Assembly (NCBI GenBank): GCA_035528715.1
Contig: DATKYB010000130.1
Location: 1-52,048, forward strand
Length of the DNA stretch: 52,048 nucleotides
DNA from: Nitrospinota bacterium
GTDB taxonomy: Bacteria > JADFOP01 > DATKYB01
Reading direction: 5' to 3'
A program made the position numbers and the translations under genes. A model generated the notes under the pieces. That model worked only from the letters and a program-made list of their open reading frames with translations, was not told the origin of the DNA and searched no databases. Shown piece after piece: positions 1-10,151 of this stretch. Position 1 is the first letter of the stretch. Each line of letters starts with the position of its first letter.

Positions 1-34
1 ATATTAAAAGATTAATTTAAGGAGAGATATAAAA

Positions 35-1207
35 ATGAGTAAAAAAAATTATTTTTTTACCTCTGAATCTGTAGCAGAAGGACATCCTGACAAGATTGCT
101 GATCAGATATCTGATGCTGTTTTAGATGCTATTTATGAAAAGGACCCTATGGGGAGAGTAGCTTGTGAGACACTCGTTACAACAGGCTTAGCCTTTGTAG
201 CAGGAGAGATAACCACGAGCTGTTATGTTGATATTCCCAAGATAGTAAGGGATACCATCAAAGATATTGGCTACACAAGGGCTAAATTCGGCTTTGACTA
301 CGAGACCTGTGCTGTTATTACCTCTATAGATGAGCAATCACCTGATATAGCCAGGGGCGTAGACGAAGACCCAGAAACACAGAAAGAGCAGGGAGCTGGT
401 GACCAGGGGCTTATGTTTGGATACGCTACAAATGAAACCCCTGAACTGATGCCTGCACCCATTATGGTTGCTCATAAATTGGTCAAACAGCTTTCCTACG
501 TAAGAAAAAAAGATATGCTTCACTACTTAAGACCAGATGGAAAATCTCAGGTTACCATCGAATATATCAATGGAATGCCGTCAAGAATAGATAACATTGT
601 TATCTCGACACAACACAGCGATGACATTACTTTAAAGGAAGTAAGAGAAGATATTATCGAGAAGGTAATAAAACCTGTAGTTCCTCGTGAGATTTTTGAT
701 GAAGAAAATATAAAATACCATATTAATCCAACAGGAAGATTTGTTATCGGAGGTCCAAAGGGAGATACAGGGTTAACAGGAAGAAAGATAATCGTTGATA
801 CCTATGGGGGTATTGGTAGCCATGGAGGAGGATGTTTTTCAGGAAAAGATCCAACAAAGGTTGATAGGTCTGCTTCTTATATGGCTCGATATATCGCCAA
901 AAATATCGTAGCAGCAGGTATTTCAGATAAATGCGAAATACAATTAGCCTATGCTATCGGAGTGTCTGATCCGGTATCTGTAATGGTAGATACCTTTGGT
1001 ACAGGAAAAATAGAGGATAAAAAGATAAGGGAGATGGTTCGGGATAATTTTGATTTAAAACCAGCTGCTATTATAAAGGCTCTGGATTTGAGACGTCCAA
1101 TCTATAAAAAGACCGCTGTCTATGGCCATTTTGGTAGAAATGAACCAGAGTTCACATGGGAGAAGACAGATAAGGCAAAAATCTTAAAGAAGGATGCTGG
1201 TTTATAG
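35..1207 (+). CDS. metK: S-adenosylmethionine synthetase
   Basis: The 390-aa ORF carries [17 protein letters not shown] and [16 protein letters not shown] signatures. An AAGGAG Shine-Dalgarno (SD) sequence lies upstream of the ATG. Confidence 0.97.
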   Translation: MSKKNYFFTSESVAEGHPDKIADQISDAVLDAIYEKDPMGRVACETLVTTGLAFVAGEITTSCYVDIPKIVRDTIKDIGYTRAKFGFDYETCAVITSIDEQSPDIARGVDEDPETQKEQGAGDQGLMFGYATNETPELMPAPIMVAHKLVKQLSYVRKKDMLHYLRPDGKSQVTIEYINGMPSRIDNIVISTQHSDDITLKEVREDIIEKVIKPVVPREIFDEENIKYHINPTGRFVIGGPKGDTGLTGRKIIVDTYGGIGSHGGGCFSGKDPTKVDRSASYMARYIAKNIVAAGISDKCEIQLAYAIGVSDPVSVMVDTFGTGKIEDKKIREMVRDNFDLKPAAIIKALDLRRPIYKKTAVYGHFGRNEPEFTWEKTDKAKILKKDAGL

Positions 1208-1238
1208 ACAAATTTAATATTCAAGGAGAAACAGAATA

Positions 1239-2495
1239 ATGGATTGTGATATAAAAGATATTTCATTAGCAAAAAAGGGAAGGCTGAGAATTGAATGGGC
1301 TAATCGAAGTATGCCCGTATTGAATCTGATTAAAAAAAGATTTGAAAAGGAAAAACCCCTGAAAGGTTTTAAAATAGCTGCATGCCTTCACGTTACTACA
1401 GAAACAGCAAGCCTTATGAAAACACTTAAATCTGGTGGAGCACAAGTAGCCTTGTGTGCTTCAAACCCTTTAAGCACGCAAGATGACGTTGCTGCATCGC
1501 TAGTAAAGGATAGCAAGGTTCCTGTTTTTGCCATAAATGGAGAGGACAATAAGACCTACTATCAACACATAAACAAAACCCTTGATATCAAACCCCATAC
1601 TACCATGGATGACGGGGCAGATTTGGTGTCTACAGTCCATTCCGAAAGAAAGGAATTGATAAAGAGCATTATTGGAGGGACAGAGGAGACAACAACAGGG
1701 GTTATAAGATTGAAAAGCATGGCTGATAAAGGGGTATTAAAATTTCCTCTTATTGCTGTTAATGATGCGACGACAAAACACCTCTTTGATAACAGATACG
1801 GAACAGGCCAAAGTACACTGGATGGAATTATTAGAGCTACAAACCGCTTAATTGCCGGGTCTGTTTTTGTTGTTTGCGGTTATGGTTGGTGCGGGAAAGG
1901 GGTAGCCATGAGAGCAAAAGGATGTGGTGGAAGGGTGGTTGTTACTGAAGTTGATCCTTTAAGAGGTCTTGAGGCGATTATGGATGGATTCGAGGTGATG
2001 CCCATTTCAGAAGCTGCAAAGATTGGTGATTTCTTTGTAACACTGACCGGTGATATTGAGGTAATAAGAAAAGAGCATTTCAAATTAATGAAAGATGGAG
2101 CGATTATAGCTAATTCTGGACACTTCAATGTAGAGTTAGATATTAATATTTTAAAGAAAATAACTAAGAAAAAAAGGAAGATAAGAGAGTTTATAGAAGA
2201 ATTTACTTTAACAAATGGTAAAAGAATAAATCTTCTGGGAGATGGCAGGCTAATAAATTTAACCGCAGCTGAAGGCCATCCTTCTAGTGTTATGGATATG
2301 AGCTTTGCCAACCAGGCCCTTTGCGCAGAATTTTTGGTAAAGAAAGGGAAAAAGCTCGAAAAAAAGGTCTATAATGTCCCAGAAGAGATAGATCGGTATA
2401 TTGCTAAGTTAAATCTTGATTCCCTGGGTGTGAAGATAGATAAATTGACAAGAAAACAAAAAATCTATCTTAAGTCCTGGGAAATAGGGACATAA
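1239..2495 (+). CDS. ahcY: Adenosylhomocysteinase (short form)
   Basis: The 418-aa ORF has a [10 protein letters not shown] Rossmann motif and [15 protein letters not shown]. It lies directly after metK, giving methyl-cycle synteny. Confidence 0.95.
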   Translation: MDCDIKDISLAKKGRLRIEWANRSMPVLNLIKKRFEKEKPLKGFKIAACLHVTTETASLMKTLKSGGAQVALCASNPLSTQDDVAASLVKDSKVPVFAINGEDNKTYYQHINKTLDIKPHTTMDDGADLVSTVHSERKELIKSIIGGTEETTTGVIRLKSMADKGVLKFPLIAVNDATTKHLFDNRYGTGQSTLDGIIRATNRLIAGSVFVVCGYGWCGKGVAMRAKGCGGRVVVTEVDPLRGLEAIMDGFEVMPISEAAKIGDFFVTLTGDIEVIRKEHFKLMKDGAIIANSGHFNVELDINILKKITKKKRKIREFIEEFTLTNGKRINLLGDGRLINLTAAEGHPSSVMDMSFANQALCAEFLVKKGKKLEKKVYNVPEEIDRYIAKLNLDSLGVKIDKLTRKQKIYLKSWEIGT

Positions 2496-2515
2496 AAAAT
2501 TTCTATAAAAGAGAG

Positions 2516-2545
2516 AAAACCCCTGGTTTCGGCCGGGGGTTTTTT
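2516..2545 (+). terminator. Rho-independent terminator after ahcY
   Basis: An A-tract is followed by a CCCCTGG/CCGGGGG hairpin (2520-2539) and then TTTTTT (2540-2545). Confidence 0.8.
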
Positions 2546-2636
2546 CTTGTTCTTTTTTAGAAATCTATCATAACGATTTTGATAAGCTCGAATACTGGAT
2601 TGGTCTCTTTAGTAAATATTTAAAAAGTTATGCCTG

Positions 2637-3821
2637 TTGAGGAACAAAACAGTGAAATATAGGCTTGTCGGGTTACTCTCATTGGGGCATATGTTTACAG
2701 ATATAAATCAGGGGGCAGTGCCTGCACTGTTGCCTTTTTTGATTTTTGAACATCACCTCTCATATATGGCAGCCGCAGGCATCGTATTTGCCTCCAATTT
2801 TGCATCCACGCTTGTGCAGCCCTTATTCGGGCATGCTGCAGATCGTTTTTCAAAACCCTGGTTATTGCCGCTTGGAGTTTTCCTGGCAGGATTTGGTATT
2901 TCCCTGATAGGGCTTTTTACAAGCTATGAGCTTATAATCATAGCAGCAATTCTCAGCGGCATCGGTGTCGCTGCATACCATCCTGAAGGGGCACGTCTTG
3001 TTAATTTTGCTTCGGGAGAAGAGAAGGGAATGGCAATGAGCCTCTTTGGTGTAGGGGGCACTCTTGGCTTTGCAGTCGGACCGATATTCGCGACCATGGC
3101 TCTTATTTTTTTTGGATTGAAGGGTACACTTATTCTCTTGGTGCCGGCGAGCCTCATAGCTATTGTTATGGCTTCTCAGATTTCCAATTTTTCAAAGTTC
3201 GAAAAAACAGCTAATACTCATGCGGAAGATACGATTTCCAAGACACTTCCTGATGCGTGGGCTCCTTTTACCCGTCTGACCTTTAATGTCATTGGCCGCT
3301 CTATTCTTTTTTACAGTCTTAATACTTTTATCCCCTTATATTGGATCAGCGTCCTGAACCAGTCAAAGGTGTCAGGAGCAACCGCACTTACCATCATGTC
3401 TGCATCAGGCGTCATCGGAAATATACTCGGTGGAAAGCTGGCCGACCGTTTCGGCCACATTAAAATCATGTTTATCGGGTTTAGCGTCCTTATTCCCCTT
3501 ATGCCGGCCCTAATATGGGTGAGCAATCCCCATATCGCCATGTTTCTCTTAGCTCCGATAGGAATGGCAATTTTCGCTGTCTACAGCCCGCTGATCGTGA
3601 TGGGACAGAATTATCTGCCTAATCATATTGGATTGTCATCAGGAATAACGATTGGGGCTGCGGTTGCGATTGGAGGAGTTGCCGCACCTTTGCTCGGCAA
3701 GGTTGCAGACCTCTATGGAATATGGTCAGCTCTGGCAGGGGTTGCTTTTCTACCAATATTGTTTGCAGGAATGACCCTGACACTGCCTGATAGAAAAGAT
3801 TTGCCGATTCGAAAAGAATAA
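2637..3821 (+). CDS. MFS-family transporter, substrate unknown
   Basis: The 394-aa ORF is polytopic and hydrophobic, with MFS motif-A-like HAADRFSK and GGKLADRFGH. The start is uncertain: TTG at 2637 or GTG at 2652. G+C is markedly higher than in the surrounding genes. Confidence 0.8.
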   Translation: MRNKTVKYRLVGLLSLGHMFTDINQGAVPALLPFLIFEHHLSYMAAAGIVFASNFASTLVQPLFGHAADRFSKPWLLPLGVFLAGFGISLIGLFTSYELIIIAAILSGIGVAAYHPEGARLVNFASGEEKGMAMSLFGVGGTLGFAVGPIFATMALIFFGLKGTLILLVPASLIAIVMASQISNFSKFEKTANTHAEDTISKTLPDAWAPFTRLTFNVIGRSILFYSLNTFIPLYWISVLNQSKVSGATALTIMSASGVIGNILGGKLADRFGHIKIMFIGFSVLIPLMPALIWVSNPHIAMFLLAPIGMAIFAVYSPLIVMGQNYLPNHIGLSSGITIGAAVAIGGVAAPLLGKVADLYGIWSALAGVAFLPILFAGMTLTLPDRKDLPIRKE

Positions 3822-3823
3822 TT

Positions 3824-3899
3824 TGGTAGCCCCAAGGGGATTCGAACCCCTGTTACCGCCGTGAGAGGGCGGCGTCCTAGGCCTCTAGACGATGGGGCC
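3824..3899 (-). tRNA. tRNA-Glu (anticodon CUC)
   Basis: The reverse complement reads GGCCCCATCGTCTAGAGGCCTAGGACGCCGCCCTCTCACGGCGGTAACAGGGGTTCGAATCCCCTTGGGGCTACCA. It folds as a cloverleaf with anticodon loop CTCTCAC, and the CCA end is encoded. Confidence 0.93.
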
Positions 3900-3903
3900 A
3901 TCA

Positions 3904-3977
3904 TGGCTGGGGAGAGAGGATTCGAACCTCTGTACCCAGATCCAGAGTCTGGTGTCCTGCCGCTAGACGACTCCCCA
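3904..3977 (-). tRNA. tRNA-Gln (anticodon CUG)
   Basis: The reverse complement reads TGGGGAGTCGTCTAGCGGCAGGACACCAGACTCTGGATCTGGGTACAGAGGTTCGAATCCTCTCTCCCCAGCCA. The anticodon stem is CCAGA/TCTGG with loop CTCTGGA, and the CCA end is encoded. Confidence 0.93.
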
Positions 3978-3998
3978 TATTTGATATGAAGTTTTATA

Positions 3999-4027
3999 AA
4001 TATAAATTACAAGCAGAGCACAGTCAA
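3999..4027 (-). promoter_or_regulatory. Putative sigma-70 promoter for the tRNA-Gln/tRNA-Glu pair
   Basis: On the minus strand the sequence is TTGACT-17 nt-TATATT. The -10 element ends about 21 nt upstream of the tRNA-Gln 5' end. Confidence 0.45.
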
Positions 4028-4080
4028 GAAAAAATCAGCTCTCGATCACCTTTTATACAGTCGATAACACTTTCCAAAAA

Positions 4081-5778
4081 TTATGAGTTCTTATTTCCCT
4101 TTTGTGCTTTCTCTATCTTTGCCCATGTATCGCGAAGTGATACTGTCCTGTTGAATACGAGTGAACCACTTTTAGAATCAGGATCTACGCAGAAATAGCC
4201 CAATCGTAAAAACTGGTAAATGCTTCCGGGTTTTGCATCTTTCAGGCTTGGTTCAACATAGCACTCTTTCAAGATCTCAAGAGAGTGTGGATTGATGCAA
4301 GACTTCATATCATCCTCGCTACCGGGATCCTCCACAGTAAAAAGACGATCATACAGACAAACTTCAGCCTTCAGCGCATGTTCAGCAGATACCCAATGAA
4401 GAGTTCCCTTTACCTTTCGTCCCTCCTGCAGAGAACCACTCCTCGTTTTCGGATCAAAGGTACAACGGAGTTCAACTACGTCACCGGTCTTCTCATCTTT
4501 CACAACTTTTTCACATTTGATAATATAGGCATGTTTAAGTCTTGCCTCGCGACCAGGAGCAAGCCTGAAGTATTTCTTCGGAGGATCTTCCCGGAAGTCA
4601 TCTTGTTCAATGTAAATAACTCGTGAAAAAGGGACTTTTCTTGTGCCGGCTGAGGGGTCCTCAGGATTGTTTTCCGCTTCGAGTTCTTCTGCTTTGTCTT
4701 CAGGATAGTTATCAATAACAACTTTGAGCGGTCTCAAAACGGCCATCACTCGCGGAGCACACTTGTTCAGATTCTCGCGGATGCAGTATTCAAGGAGTGC
4801 AATGTCAACAATACTGTCACTTTTTGCCACTCCTATACGATTACAGAAGCTGCGTATTGCTTCAGGGGTGTAACCTCTCCTGTGCATTCCCGAAATCGTC
4901 GGCATTCTTGGATCGTCCCATCCTTTGACATGTCCTTCCTTTACCAATTGCAAGAGCTTGCGTTTGCTCATAACAGTATAACCGAGATTCAGACGGGCGA
5001 ACTCGATCTGCTGAGGATGGTATATTCCAAGGTTATCCACAAACCAGTCATAGAGGGGACGGTGGTCCTCAAATTCCAGGGTACATATAGAATGAGTAAT
5101 TCTTTCAATAGAATCACTTTGACCATGGGCCCAGTCGTACATCGGATAGATGCACCATTTGTCACCGGTTCGATGATGAGTGGCATGGAGGACTCGGTAC
5201 ATCACCGGATCTCGCATATTGATATTTCCGGATGACATATCGATTTTAGCACGAAGCACACGAGAACCGTCTGGAAACTCGCCTGCCCCCATCCTCTCGA
5301 ACAGTTCAAGGTTCTCTTCGACAGAACGGTTACGATACGGACTTTCTCTTCCGGGTTCTGTCAGGGTACCACGATTCTTCCGTATTTCATCAGCGCTTTG
5401 ATCGTCAACATACGCCTTGCCATCTTTAATGAGCTTTAATGCATATTCATAGAGTTGGTCAAAATAGTCAGAGGCATAATATTCCCTGTCTTCCCAATCG
5501 AAACCAAGCCACTTCACATCTTTCTTGATTGATTCAACATATTCCTCTTCTTCCTTTACGGGATTCGTGTCATCGAACCGAAGATTGCAGAGTCCATTGT
5601 ATTCAGCGGCAAGGCCGAAATTAAGGCATATCGATTTTGCATGACCTATATGGAGATAGCCGTTTGGCTCTGGAGGAAAACGCGTATGTACCCGACCTTC
5701 ATATTTATTCGTCTTAAGATCGTCGTCTATAATCTCTTTAATAAAATTTGATGTAGTAGGCGTTTCTTCTCTGCTCAT
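4081..5778 (-). CDS. glnS: Glutaminyl-tRNA synthetase
   Basis: The 565-aa ORF has a class I HIGH motif ([12 protein letters not shown]) and a KMSKS-type VMSKR. It shows full-length GlnRS-type architecture and a GGAGAAA SD sequence. Confidence 0.95.
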   Translation of the reverse strand: MSREETPTTSNFIKEIIDDDLKTNKYEGRVHTRFPPEPNGYLHIGHAKSICLNFGLAAEYNGLCNLRFDDTNPVKEEEEYVESIKKDVKWLGFDWEDREYYASDYFDQLYEYALKLIKDGKAYVDDQSADEIRKNRGTLTEPGRESPYRNRSVEENLELFERMGAGEFPDGSRVLRAKIDMSSGNINMRDPVMYRVLHATHHRTGDKWCIYPMYDWAHGQSDSIERITHSICTLEFEDHRPLYDWFVDNLGIYHPQQIEFARLNLGYTVMSKRKLLQLVKEGHVKGWDDPRMPTISGMHRRGYTPEAIRSFCNRIGVAKSDSIVDIALLEYCIRENLNKCAPRVMAVLRPLKVVIDNYPEDKAEELEAENNPEDPSAGTRKVPFSRVIYIEQDDFREDPPKKYFRLAPGREARLKHAYIIKCEKVVKDEKTGDVVELRCTFDPKTRSGSLQEGRKVKGTLHWVSAEHALKAEVCLYDRLFTVEDPGSEDDMKSCINPHSLEILKECYVEPSLKDAKPGSIYQFLRLGYFCVDPDSKSGSLVFNRTVSLRDTWAKIEKAQKGNKNS

Positions 5779-5812
5779 AATCGTATTTCTCCAAAAGTGT
5801 ATTTATAAATAA

Positions 5813-7231
5813 TTAAGAAGCTTCTATTGTCCGTATTGCCCTTTCAAGCCTTTTCAACGTCTTTTCTTTTCCGATAATTTCCAGCAGTTCAAAGATTCCT
5901 GGACTTTTTGTGTCCCCTGTCATTGCAACACGAACAGGCTGTGCAAGATGTTTTAGCTTGATCTGATGTTTTTCTATTATCTTTACAAATACTTTTTCGA
6001 GTGCTTCTTTCCTGAAATCAGGTAGGTCAGACAAAGCTCCTTCCAGATCCTTAAGATAGGGAAGGCTCTTTTCATTCAGAAATTTTTCTTTTGATTTTTC
6101 CTCGTATTTTACCTCTTCTGCAATATAGTAGCTAAGTGTTTTTGCAAGTTCGACAAGCGTTTTTGAACGCTTTCTTAATGTTTCAACCGCTCTTTCTAGC
6201 CATTCCTTGTCAAGAGTCTCTTCTCCACTGATTATATGCTCCTTTTCGAGGAATGGTATTACAAGTTCAGTCAGTTGTTTTGACGATGTATTGATTATAT
6301 ACTGACTGTTTATCCAGTGCAGTTTTTCGGGGTTGAAGACAGCCGCAGATTTTCCTGCATTCTCGAGAGTGAACTTCTCTACCAACTCATCCTTCGAAAA
6401 GATTTCCTGGTCACCATATGACCAGCCAAGTCGCACGAGATAGTTTAAGAGCGCTTCGGGCAGGTAGCCCATCTCCCGATAGGCCTGAACAGAGGTTGCC
6501 CCATGTCTCTTGCTAAGCCTTGCTTTATCTGATCCGAGTATCATTGGAAGATGTGCAAAGTGAGGCACTTCGCAGCCAAGTGCTCTGTAGATATGAATCT
6601 GCTTCGGAGTATTGTTCAGATGGTCGTCACCGCGGATGACATGAGTAATGTTCATATCCATATCATCAACCACAACAACAAAATTATACGTTGGACTTTC
6701 ATCTGAACGGAGGATTATAAAATCATCGAACATTGAATTCTCGTAAGTTACATTTCCCTTTATATCATCCTCGACAACTGTCGTACCGGCCTTAGGCATC
6801 TTGAATCTCACAACAGGGGTTACGCCAGCAACCGGCTCCTTCCTTTCCCGGCACCTGCCGTCATATTTCGACGTTTCTCCTGCTTTTATTGCAGCCTGTC
6901 TCTTCTGTTCGAGCTCGTCTGGAGAACAGTAACAGTAATACGCTTTATCTTCATCCAGCAATTTCCAAATATTGCTTTTGTATATATCAAGACGGTCCGT
7001 CTGTCTGTAGGGGCCTTCATCCCAGTCAAGACCAAGCCATTTCATCCCGTCAATGATCGCCTCTATATATTCATCAGTGGATCTCGTCCTGTCAGTGTCT
7101 TCAATGCGCAAAACGAACACGCCCTCGTTATGGCGTGCATAGAGCCAGTTATATATAGCTGTTCTTGCCCCTCCAATATGCAGATAACCTGTCGGGCTGG
7201 GCGCGAACCTGACTCTGACAGTTTCTTTCAT
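5813..7231 (-). CDS. gltX: Glutamyl-tRNA synthetase
   Basis: The 472-aa ORF carries [14 protein letters not shown] (HIGH) and RLSKRHG (KMSKS). Confidence 0.95.
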   Translation of the reverse strand: MKETVRVRFAPSPTGYLHIGGARTAIYNWLYARHNEGVFVLRIEDTDRTRSTDEYIEAIIDGMKWLGLDWDEGPYRQTDRLDIYKSNIWKLLDEDKAYYCYCSPDELEQKRQAAIKAGETSKYDGRCRERKEPVAGVTPVVRFKMPKAGTTVVEDDIKGNVTYENSMFDDFIILRSDESPTYNFVVVVDDMDMNITHVIRGDDHLNNTPKQIHIYRALGCEVPHFAHLPMILGSDKARLSKRHGATSVQAYREMGYLPEALLNYLVRLGWSYGDQEIFSKDELVEKFTLENAGKSAAVFNPEKLHWINSQYIINTSSKQLTELVIPFLEKEHIISGEETLDKEWLERAVETLRKRSKTLVELAKTLSYYIAEEVKYEEKSKEKFLNEKSLPYLKDLEGALSDLPDFRKEALEKVFVKIIEKHQIKLKHLAQPVRVAMTGDTKSPGIFELLEIIGKEKTLKRLERAIRTIEAS

Positions 7232-7250
7232 GATAATTATCCCTTATCCA

Positions 7251-8054
7251 TTATTTTATCAAGAGACCAGCATATCCTACCACATGTTCGTAATCACCGC
7301 TGACCTCTCCTGATGTAGTATATCTTATGAGCTCACACTCCTTTGCTCCTAAGAGTTTCGATGCAATGATCGTAGTAGTCGTAGGTATAAATCCACACAT
7401 AGAGATGTGATTTTCCTTTATAGTAGTATAAAGACCTTCTGAATTAAGTTTCAATATCTCGTCTATAGCCTTCTTATCCTTTTCCACAGCAGACTCATGA
7501 GATTCATAGTGGGTCATATCTGTACTGGCAATGATTAAAGTCTCTTTATCGATAGCTTCTATTCCTTTATAAATAGCATTTCCCACATCTTCACAGATCT
7601 CGTAATCGCTTCGCATTAATGAAATAGGAACAATGGTAAAGTCTTCAATAAAATACTGGATAAAAGGTAATTGAACTTCGAGGGAGTGTTCTCTTACATG
7701 GCCCATAGAATCGTTCTTGAGATATCTTGATTGGTTAATTATTGCGTTTGCAAGTTCAGAATTAATCTTCACGTTGCCTGTGGGCATTTCCCATTCCCCA
7801 TCAGCCATAACAGAAGCAGGGGCACCAATGCCTGTGTGGTTTGGGCCTATGATAACGATATTTTTGGGTAATTGGATCCTCGAGTAAACCTCGCCAGCAA
7901 CCCCTCCTGAGTATATATAACCTGCATGAGGACAAACAGCAGCAATAACCTTTTCTTTCTTTACATCTTCAACTGTAAATTCTTTTATCTGTTTCCTTAC
8001 TTCAGATCCATCATGCGGATAAAACTGTCCGGCTACTGCCGGCTTTCTTATCAT
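7251..8054 (-). CDS. amrB: Memo-like protein (AmmeMemoRadiSam system protein B family)
   Basis: The 267-aa ORF has an N-terminal PAVAGQFYP motif and a CPHAGYIYSG motif typical of the Memo1/AmrB family. Confidence 0.8.
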   Translation of the reverse strand: MIRKPAVAGQFYPHDGSEVRKQIKEFTVEDVKKEKVIAAVCPHAGYIYSGGVAGEVYSRIQLPKNIVIIGPNHTGIGAPASVMADGEWEMPTGNVKINSELANAIINQSRYLKNDSMGHVREHSLEVQLPFIQYFIEDFTIVPISLMRSDYEICEDVGNAIYKGIEAIDKETLIIASTDMTHYESHESAVEKDKKAIDEILKLNSEGLYTTIKENHISMCGFIPTTTTIIASKLLGAKECELIRYTTSGEVSGDYEHVVGYAGLLIK

Positions 8055-8084
8055 TTTTTCACCCCCCCTAAATAAATAGAAAAA

Positions 8085-9338
8085 TTATCCCTTTAACAAT
8101 TTATGGATATGATCTTCAGCCCCTGTGATTTCAATCTCTTCTTGTTTTCCATCTCTCATATTTTTCAGTATTAAGGTACCCTTATTTATCTCATCATCCC
8201 CTAATATCATTACGTATTTCACATTATACTTATCTGCTTTTCGCATCTGGCTCTTAAGACTTTTAGGTTCATAATCCTTTTCAGAACTGATACCCCTGGA
8301 CCTCAGTTTATCAAGGATTTTAAAGGCAACTTCTTCAGCCTTTTTCCCTAGGGATGCGATAAATACTGTTGGACCACTTTCAAGCATTTTTATATTGAGA
8401 ACTGATACCAACCTCTCTAAACCAATAGCAAAACCAAAAGCAGGGGTAGGGGGACCGCCTACTTCTTCCACGAGATTATCGTACCTTCCTCCCCCAGCAA
8501 TAGCATTCTGGGCACCCAATCCTTTGACCGTGATCTCAAAGGCAGTTCTTGTGTAATAATCAAGCCCTCTTACCAGATGGTCTTCTATCTTGTAATCTAT
8601 TTTCAATTGGGAAAGAAGACGTAGGACCTCTTTAAAGTGTTCATAACAATCCTTGCATACAAATTCCCTAGTCGTAGGGGCATCAACCAGAGCCTTTTTA
8701 CAATCATCCTCTTTGCAGTCGAGAATTCTTAAAGGGTTTCTTTTAAACCTGTTCTTACAGTTCTTACATAAACGATTAATCTTCTTCTCAAGAAAGAAAG
8801 TCAGGGCTTCTTTAAATTGGGGACGGCACTCTTTACATCCCAGGCTATTAATAAGAAGGCTTTTGTTTTCAATTTCTAACCTGTCCAGATATTGATCTAA
8901 CATGGAGATAATCTCAGCATCCAAAGAGGGATTATCAGAACCAAGGGCTTCAACGTTAATTTGGTAAAACTGACGCTGCCTCCCTGCCTGGGGACGCTCA
9001 TACCTGAACATCGGCCCTAAACAATAGACCTTTAGAACAGAAGGGTGTTTATAGAGTTTATGCTCTATATAAGCTCGCACTACAGAAGCCGTGGCTTCAG
9101 GCCTCAGGGTAATCTCTTCTCCTCCTTTATCAACAAAAGAATACATCTCCTTTTCAACGATATCTGTGGTCTCTCCTATACCTCTTGCAAAAAGAGCAGT
9201 GTTTTCAAAGATAGGGATTTTTATCTCTGAAAAACCATAGGTTTCAAATATATCCCTTGCCGCCATTTCAACAATTTGCCATTTTCTCACTTCGTGAGGC
9301 AGAATATCTTTAACCCCTCTAACAGCCCTGATCTCCAT
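8085..9338 (-). CDS. hisS: Histidyl-tRNA synthetase
   Basis: The ORF carries the class II motifs FRYERPQAGRQRQFYQ and GGGRYD. I place the start at the internal ATG (9338, MEIRAVRGVKD...), which is preceded by GAGGGA. The longer ORF would overlap the upstream gene. Confidence 0.93.
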   Translation of the reverse strand: MEIRAVRGVKDILPHEVRKWQIVEMAARDIFETYGFSEIKIPIFENTALFARGIGETTDIVEKEMYSFVDKGGEEITLRPEATASVVRAYIEHKLYKHPSVLKVYCLGPMFRYERPQAGRQRQFYQINVEALGSDNPSLDAEIISMLDQYLDRLEIENKSLLINSLGCKECRPQFKEALTFFLEKKINRLCKNCKNRFKRNPLRILDCKEDDCKKALVDAPTTREFVCKDCYEHFKEVLRLLSQLKIDYKIEDHLVRGLDYYTRTAFEITVKGLGAQNAIAGGGRYDNLVEEVGGPPTPAFGFAIGLERLVSVLNIKMLESGPTVFIASLGKKAEEVAFKILDKLRSRGISSEKDYEPKSLKSQMRKADKYNVKYVMILGDDEINKGTLILKNMRDGKQEEIEITGAEDHIHKLLKG

Positions 9339-9340
9339 TT

Positions 9341-10093
9341 TCATTCCCTCAATTTTAATGATTCGCTGTGAAGGCAAGGTAATATCTCCCCCGCCTTTCC
9401 TAAATAGGTATCGTCCATAAAGTGCGAGATGGGTGTCCTGTCTATATTTATCTCTATGACATAGGCACCAGATTGTTTTGCAATTAATGGTAGAGAAGCT
9501 GCAGGCTCAACAATAGCAGAGGTCCCAATAACAAAAAAAAGTTCGCATCTTCTGATATTTTCCAAAGCCTTAGAAATAATACCCTCGGGGAGAGCTTCTC
9601 CAAACCAGACAACATCAGGCCGAAAGAGTGCACTGCACTCACAAAGGGGAGGAACGTTGTCTGATAATACCTCATGATTCAAAAAAGTCTTTTCTTCTTT
9701 TGTGCAGCGAACCCTCCAAATATTTCCATGGAGCTCCAAAATCTTTTGGCTTCCTGCTTTGGCGTGCAAACCATCCACGTTTTGTGTTATAAGACAAAAA
9801 TCATTGAAGGTATTCTCCCATTCAGCAATGATGTTATGGGCCGGATTGGGCTTTATATCACGGATGATCTCTCGCCTCCAGCTGTACCACTCCCAGACAA
9901 GCTTCGGGTCTCTGGAAAAGGCAGAAGGGGTTGCAAGCTCCTCAGCCCTGAAGTTACGCCACAATCCATCTTTTCCCCTGAAGGTTGGAACACCGCTCTC
10001 TGCTGAGACTCCAGCACCTGTTAACACTGCTGCTGAGCGGGCTTTTTTAAAAGCATTTAATGTCTCTTCTTTTATTCTAATCTCAGTCTCCAT
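9341..10093 (-). CDS. cobB: NAD-dependent protein deacylase, Sir2 family (class III-like)
   Basis: Motifs present are GAGVSAESGVPTFRG, QNVDGLH and LELHGN, plus YSWR (YxxR). I chose the start at METEIR (10093), because the 12-codon N-terminal extension is unlikely. Confidence 0.88.
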   Translation of the reverse strand: METEIRIKEETLNAFKKARSAAVLTGAGVSAESGVPTFRGKDGLWRNFRAEELATPSAFSRDPKLVWEWYSWRREIIRDIKPNPAHNIIAEWENTFNDFCLITQNVDGLHAKAGSQKILELHGNIWRVRCTKEEKTFLNHEVLSDNVPPLCECSALFRPDVVWFGEALPEGIISKALENIRRCELFFVIGTSAIVEPAASLPLIAKQSGAYVIEINIDRTPISHFMDDTYLGKAGEILPCLHSESLKLRE

Positions 10094-10151
10094 GGAAACG
10101 AAAGTAACAAAAAGACAATGGGTTGTCAAATGGATTGTAACTCAGATCCAT

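Noticed and set aside
3986-4198. A 70-aa plus-strand ORF between tRNA-Gln and glnS.
   Set aside because: It overlaps the 3' end of glnS and the putative tRNA promoter, and it has no RBS or motif.
8085-10129. N-terminal extensions of hisS (to 9377) and cobB (to 10129) as listed in the ORF track. The same applies to rbfA (to 46119) and the small ORF at 39979-40188.
   Set aside because: The extensions would overlap the upstream genes or include their own Shine-Dalgarno sequences. The internal ATGs reproduce the conserved family N-termini and have proper RBS spacing.
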